From Ascidiella aspersa (Eukaryota): DNA of 64,000 nucleotides. The notes beneath the pieces were generated by a model. The model was not told the DNA's origin, searched no databases, and worked only from the letters and a program-made list of their open reading frames with translations. Below are positions 57,358 to 64,000 of the stretch, piece after piece. The DNA lies in assembly GCA_963924565.1 (NCBI GenBank), contig OZ004608.1:7936001-8000000 (forward strand), read 5' to 3'. The translations under genes were made by a program, and so were the position numbers. Positions within the stretch are counted from its first letter, which is position 1, and each line of letters begins with the position of its first letter.

Positions 57358-60300
57358 CTGAACAAACACATACGGCGAAAATTACAACAGCGGCAACAAA
57401 AAAACAAGTCAAAAAGCGATGTGTTTCGACATTGAATCACTCGAAACGGATTACGAGTTTTTTGTTGTTGTTTTATAAGTTTTCGTTACTCTGACCGGAC
57501 GAAGCACGGTTGTGCGAAGCCGTCAACAGTTAAATACACAACACTGCCACTTTGATTCAGTGTTTTTACCAAGACAAATACGACTATCAACTAAGATTAA
57601 CTTGCAGTTGGGTCTTATTACTGGTACTGATTTTTATGCTTTTAATCAGTGGACCTCGAAGCTTTACACATAGTGGACCCCTTTAACTTCCTTGAAAAGT
57701 AAAAAACTCATTATAACCACCTTGATGATTATGCTCCACATAACATAATGTATCACCTAACAGATGTTGCACGGGCCCCTTTAAACTTCCTCACGACTCC
57801 TCAGGAATCCGCGAACCCCAGTTTAATAACCACTGCTTTAAAGTTTACATATACGCCGATTTCCGTACACATTCCTTTCCTGAACAAGCCCCAGCTTATC
57901 TTCGCCTGTTTAAATAATTGATGATAAAAGCACTTTGGCTCGTGTGTGTATCGCGTAAGCTTTTCAGTCGCTCGATAGAAAGCAAAGTTCGGTGCACTGG
58001 CGTGAAAAATAATTGCCGGTCTTGGCATGACTCCCAACTAAAAATTCTTCTATCGTGCTCTTACTGAATATTACGCGATTTCCAAGTCTACATTGCTGGT
58101 TATTTGACTGGCTTGAAATTAAACGCACCAAAGTTTTGACAGGACGATGGCAACCCTCGGTCGTTAAAGATTTTTGGGCCCTCATGAAGGTTTGGTTTTA
58201 ATCAGCATAATAATTCAAACTACAAAACTAAGTCGGTCATGGAAAGGCGTTTTTGTGGTCAATTAATCGTAACTTGCATGTAGAAGGATTAACTTGCATG
58301 TAGAAATTTGCATGTAGAAGGAGAGCACAGTGTTTAACATTTCTTATGTTACAAATATAAACGCAAGGACACCCAATGGCCCCCTGGTAATATCGTCCAA
58401 AATTGAGGGGTAACCAAGTCCCTACAGTAAATATATGTGTTCTCATACGAGGCCCATTTGTGCAACCTATTCGAAAAAATATTAAACCAAAATACATGCA
58501 TTTGTGGCGCTTTTCGATCCCTGTTCAGTTTATAAAAACGCTTTAAAAATATCTCACTCACACTTTTCAACCGGCTTTTGTGCCGTTTTCTTGATACAGA
58601 AAAGCCTAAATAGGGACCCGAACTGCTTTAAATTGGCCTTGTAAACTGGACTAAAAATTCTCACCCGTCTGTAACCCAAGCCCTTTGTCTGGCCCACTAA
58701 TCGATAGCGTCGAACCTCTTTCCTTCGCCGGTCATCAATTTTGAAAAAAACAGGTCGCTTGCTTTCGAGCAAAATTTACGTTTGTTTTAAAACAAAATGC
58801 ATTTGTAAGTGGTATATGTGTGGGTATAAACGAAAGGATACAAAGCAGAAAGGATAGCCACGAGCTCCACGTGCAAACATCTTGTACAGTCAGTTGTCTA
58901 CAATTGCATAATAGCGCTTTTAAAAACTATTGTAGAAAAAGTGCAAGATTTCAAACTTTCCCATGCTGAAAGGTTTTGCTTACAATGTTTTTGTGATATT
59001 TCCCACAGGTTTTAGCCACCCTTGGTTTTGTAACGTTTGATGTTATGTCGTATCGGCGCCAACACACTTCCCCTGGGAAAACCCGAGAATGCCTGAAATG
59101 CTTTCGATCCCTGAAAGTCATATTCCGCACGAACGTTCGCCCATCGGTATTAAATCAACCTGCGCCAATGTTTGTATTGCACAAATTTATGAATAATTTG
59201 AGAAACAATGTTGCAGAACAACTTCAACATAGCGAAAAAATAAAGCAACGAGATAACGAATTCCCTGAATAAAACAATAATAAGTCGTATTACAAAAATT
59301 GCAAACAATTGAAATGTTGCAAAGTTTGGCAAATTATTAAATGGTATAGGTAGCAATAGGGGTTAGAAATTTGCGATTGGTTGTTTTTTGTCCGATGATA
59401 AATTTAATGGTTTTGAGGCAAAGAATTTCGAACTATATGCCAGTTGACCATTTGGAAACATAGACCGATAAACCTGAACATCACGTTACGCAATTCTCCA
59501 CCTAGTCGCTTAATCCGTTCAAAACATATGGGCAAATTTGTTATCTGAGAGTTGAAATTCAAAATGTATGTCTCGCTCGTACACAAATTATATTCTTACA
59601 GTCTCAACTGATGAAATTATAATACTAATTTGAAATAAAACTACACTGAAATACGATCTTTGTGTGAAGCTAAATAACTAAGTTATTAGTAAACTTCTTT
59701 CCTGACTGTAAACAACGCTGAAGATAAAGTACATTGCTACCAAAGGTGACTCTGTAGGCTGATTCGGTTGCGTGGCATCTCACCAGTGCTTCAGTCTAAA
59801 CATTCTGCTGACCATTTGAGTGCTTCAAGGACTCAAATGTTCCGAACCTAAAAAACAACTCGCCTATATACAAGGCTGCGCTTCGACTCATAATAACTCT
59901 TAAAGCTGACCCCAAAGTCGAAGCAACTGGCGCGAAACCCTGTCAGCAAGGGTACTGAACAGTCAGTCATGCTCGGCGAGCCGACAAGCAAAGTCTCATA
60001 GGCGCGTCTGTCTAGTCTACGTCTGCTCTAAAGACCGACGCTAAACGTTAATAGATTTCGAGCGGCACGAGCAGCTCCCGCGGGAAAACAAGGCTCCATT
60101 TCCCGCAGAATCGATATCAAACCGCACGAAGGTACGATCGGGCGCGATGGATTACGTTTCCCGGGAAAGAATCCTTTCGACCTCCGGCTGTCTTCGCAAA
60201 TGGAATAACGACGCCCGTTCAATGCCGATTTGTCATCGCTAAATGGGGGGAGGGCCACCCTTCACTTTTAACGCGACTGTAACCGATTGCGAAAATTTTG

Positions 60301-63300
60301 AGGCGCTCCACTTGCCCATTAATAATTTACAGGAATGCGAGGCTGTAGACTGGAGGTTTTTTTTATTGTGATAAAATGCTGGCAAAATAAAGGAGTGAAG
60401 GTATTGAAAAAGTCACATAAGTTGTTAAGAACTTTTCATTTTCAATAATCAAGCCATAACTCGTTATTTAAAAGCAATGCGTGCACTACAAATGCATGTT
60501 GTTGATTGTAGTAAAGAAAACAGAAGTTTTTTATTTGACATTTGTCGAAAGCTGAATAAACTGTTGTTTGATATTGGTTATTCAATAAATCCGCAATTTC
60601 CTGTGCAGAGTCCCTTGAAGCGCACGAACAACATTTAGGAACTATACAATAAAGGAAAAAAGCGGCTAGTTTTCCGATTTAATAACCGTTTAAAACAGGA
60701 AAAGCGTCTACATTGTTAGACACGTTTTCAATTATTGATTAAAGCTATAATTTTCCGCTCAAAGGATTCTTTAAAAGCTAAAATCCCATTGTTTGTGCCA
60801 CATAGTAATGTCAAAACAGGTATTTTGTGAGTTCTATCTAACTCGATAAAGTAACCTGAATTCAGAAAGTACATCCAGCCTCTGGCAAGATCCCGACTGG
60901 CATTTTAGCACCCTTCCAGCTTTCACGCACGACTAGGCTTCCTAAACACAGGTTGCAGCAACAGGCTGATCTTGTACACTAGTGTCGTACAGCTTGTTGT
61001 GCACACGTGGCTAGCGTGTTGTCTGTCACTGCTTACATCGCAAAGTTGCCCCTAAAATTGCGAACGACAAGTAAGCCCTGTCACTGTAGATTAACTCGGG
61101 CAATCGGCCCTAGGGCTGATTTTGCTTGTATAAACCGATTTCCTGTTGTTTTATGTTGCGTCTTATCTTCCGAATAAAACAAGCGGGTTTACATGGCGGC
61201 TGAACATCGTAGATATTGGATAAACACGAATGGCGCAACCCTAGAGGTTAGAGTTCCGAAAAACGCGGGCCTGCGTTCTTAATGTTGCTTTCTTTTGCTT
61301 TCCTCCTAAATTTAATTGCAGAGTATCCAAGTACACACGAATTAGCACGTAAGTGCTCCTTTTAATTAAACCCGCGAGCGGCGCGTATCGACTTTGAAGG
61401 CGACAGCCTCCGGTAAATTATAATTAAATGGTACGGAGGTGCGACAATAATGCGGGTGATTTCCAATCGAGCTTCCTCGGTTGCAATTACCGTTCGCCTG
61501 CGCTTGTCTCTACACTACAGTAACCAATCAAGCAATGGGGGAATTAAATTGTTATGAAATCCTTATTTAAAGGCAAGATAACCTAGCTAAAGAAAGACGA
61601 AACGGTGACACTTTACGATATCATCTTTCTGGTAAATTGGTTAATATTTTTTTAGCGGGACAAACGGAACAAATTTACAGTTCCACACGGCTAAAGTTCG
61701 GTTGTTTTTCAGTTTCCAGCCTTTACATTTAAGTATGAACAGCAAATGGGAAAACCCTATCTTCAGTCGGGCGTTTCGGCACGTATACCTGTGGTTATTC
61801 GCATTTGTCGAAACGTCCTACAAAATGCTTTTGATTTGTTCAATGTGTCCTTAACAAGTTAAATTATAAACTTGTGTATTAAGTGACCAATCTTGTTCGT
61901 ACATTTTAATAGATAAGAAAGAAATCAGTCATGGCTCTGTTTTGACAATTGGCGGAAACATGGTTACATTTACAGTGGAGAAAATTATTAAGGTGACGGT
62001 TTTTCCTTTGAATGGAAAATCAATATCATGCAAAGTAGTTGAAGAAAACTAGAATCAAAATAACGGAAAACTATTAAACAAACCTACGCAATTAAAGTAA
62101 AGGGAATTTTCCTGATTGTGGATGGTGAAACCAAATTGCTCTGGGTGCACACCGATCGATTAAGATCAAAATAATTACAAAACCTAAATCAAAATGTAAA
62201 GAAAGAAAAACGAAAATAAAAATGAAAACGATTGTTATGGCAGAACGGTTCGCTGCCCACACTCCACATTATGCTGTGTTTTGGATAATAATGGTGCTTT
62301 CATATGAGTGATTATACCATTATCGTACATATCTTAGCAAACAGATTTTCGGTTCCTACGTTTTGTATACTCAGTGTGATTCAATTCAAGAAAACAACTA
62401 AAAATGAAATAAAAGCCATAATATTCGATAAAATCGTCATTTCGTGTTTACGAACGCGTCGGCCATACCTCATGACATCATCAGTGAAAAACTTGTTTTT
62501 TTTTTAACTTACACTGATGACGGCATAAGGTTTTGCCGAAACAGCGAAATGTCGATTTTATCAAATAATATGGCTTTACTTATGCTGTTGCTACCAGGCA
62601 TAGTATATACTGAAAAAAAGTTCTTCTGGTAGCCGAAACATTGGATAAAACAAATAAGTACCGGAATAACGTCATTTCATTATATAATTATTATTTTTAT
62701 TACGATTACTAATCATTAAATAATGTGAAAGTTTGTCAAAAGGTCGTGCTACCGCTCCAGATCTAAGCAACATGCATTTATACAGCTCAGGCACGTGTAG
62801 CAATCGAGCACCTAAAATGCTCAACTAAACCGTCAGCATTTCCGATACAAGCAAGCAAGCTCGCGTACAAACCTGGTTGCTGTTCATCTCCTTTGGGGGG
62901 TCTTTCGGGTTCACAAAAAGGGAAAGCGTGCGACAGACTCGATTACGTGTGCTTGGTGTCCGACACTGCAGCCCTGTATACGTCACAGCAGCACACGTGC
63001 GCCAAAATTGGCCCTATTGGATTCGGGGGTGGCTAGAAACACAGAAGGCACATGAGGTAAACCGGTTGGTCGAGCGACGTTTGTGTTAGGAAACTAGTGA
63101 GGAAACGCTACACTGGATGACATAAACTTCCTTGGTATACTGTCTATAGTGTTGTTTTGGTGACTTGTCGTTGTTTGAGGAACGGAAGTTTAGCGTAAAC
63201 CTTGATGCTGATCAAAGGTAGCAACGCCAGTGCCCAATTTTGCAGAAAATAACTGATGTATTTGATTATGGGAATTTTATCATACAATCGGGTAACCTGA

Positions 63301-64000
63301 CTGCGTTTTGCTTCCTGTCTGAAAACTTCTTGTACACAAACTCGCAATTGTTTACTTTTCGAAATTGAGTAAGATGTCTTGATATCTATGTCTATGTGCA
63401 AAACTTACGGCCGAATTTATAATATCCCGAATGCAAAAGAGGATGTTTGACGGTTTCGTAATTAAAGATACAGGATCGTGTTATTAATTTTCAAACGTCC
63501 GCAATTACGTTTTCCTGTTATTTTTTCATCATTGAAATGCTACTGTACGGTTTTGCAATACCAATCAACCAAACTGACTTAAAAAATAGGCCATGAAAGA
63601 AGCGATTTAACACATTTAAACCTTGCGAAATTTAGAAGCGATCCATGTCGGCTTCACCTTGCAACATTGTGTGCAAGAAATCAAACAAAAGTGTCAACTT
63701 TTGCAATCATGATAACCACAGGCATATTGATATCTACAACATACTTGATTTTTGTACAACAGATTTGAGACATTTTGGTCAAATAGTATGCCCAACTTCT
63801 CCAGTCGGCGGGCCAGATATGGGAAAAAGAAGTACTTGGCGGGCCGAATTTCTGAATCGATACAATAATCGTGTATTTATTCACCTATACATAATGGCGA
63901 CTAATGTTGTACTCTTTGAACCCGCCACACTTTCATTGCACAGCAAACATACTGCTTTCTTGTCGTCTTGAGTGAAAAAGTATTTGGACATCCAATGCTT

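Noticed and set aside
60158-60167. TTCCCGGGAA STAT-like palindrome in a CpG-rich block
   Set aside because: A single 10-bp motif with N4 spacing is not distinguishable from chance without functional data.
57400-64000. Candidate upstream exons of the AKAP2-like gene (about 58562-58605, 59784-59847, 63297-63391)
   Set aside because: Splice signals are weak, phases are incompatible or frames contain stops, and there is no family similarity. The true upstream exon cannot be assigned and may lie outside the window.

Overview
This is AT-rich eukaryotic (animal) genomic DNA with GT-AG introns. Gene content and intron sizes suggest an invertebrate chordate, plausibly an ascidian (inference only). 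Most short ORFs in the supplied track are spurious or antisense shadows of real exons. Three protein-coding genes can be assembled by hand with consistent splice phases. (1) A secreted group I/II/X-type phospholipase A2 on the minus strand (3325 to 444), whose last exon probably lies left of the window. (2) A complete 4-exon ISCA1 gene on the plus strand (6454-8150, 128 aa), divergent from the PLA2. (3) A >39 kb minus-strand gene (57357 to 18114, at least 18 exons, about 1,700 aa visible, 5' end not found) of the AKAP2/MISP family, ending in RRKSNLAMRWEAGKFQNDEDQ. The third gene is the most interesting part of the window. It has a hidden 9-nt microexon that restores a conserved motif, two more frame-preserving microexon candidates that are incompatible with each other, two phase-compatible internal alternative first exons, a 2-kb acidic exon with a candidate PKA-RII anchoring helix, and a PTSPK heptad repeat. 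Between ISCA1 and this gene lies a multi-exon minus-strand unit with no long ORF (lncRNA or orphan candidate). Introns and intergenic DNA carry many non-autonomous DNA transposons (hAT Buster/Charlie-type MITEs with nnnTAnnn TSDs, a Harbinger-like MITE, others) and a tRNA-derived SINE-like head. No prokaryotic-type system, CRISPR array, rRNA or intact transposase is supported.
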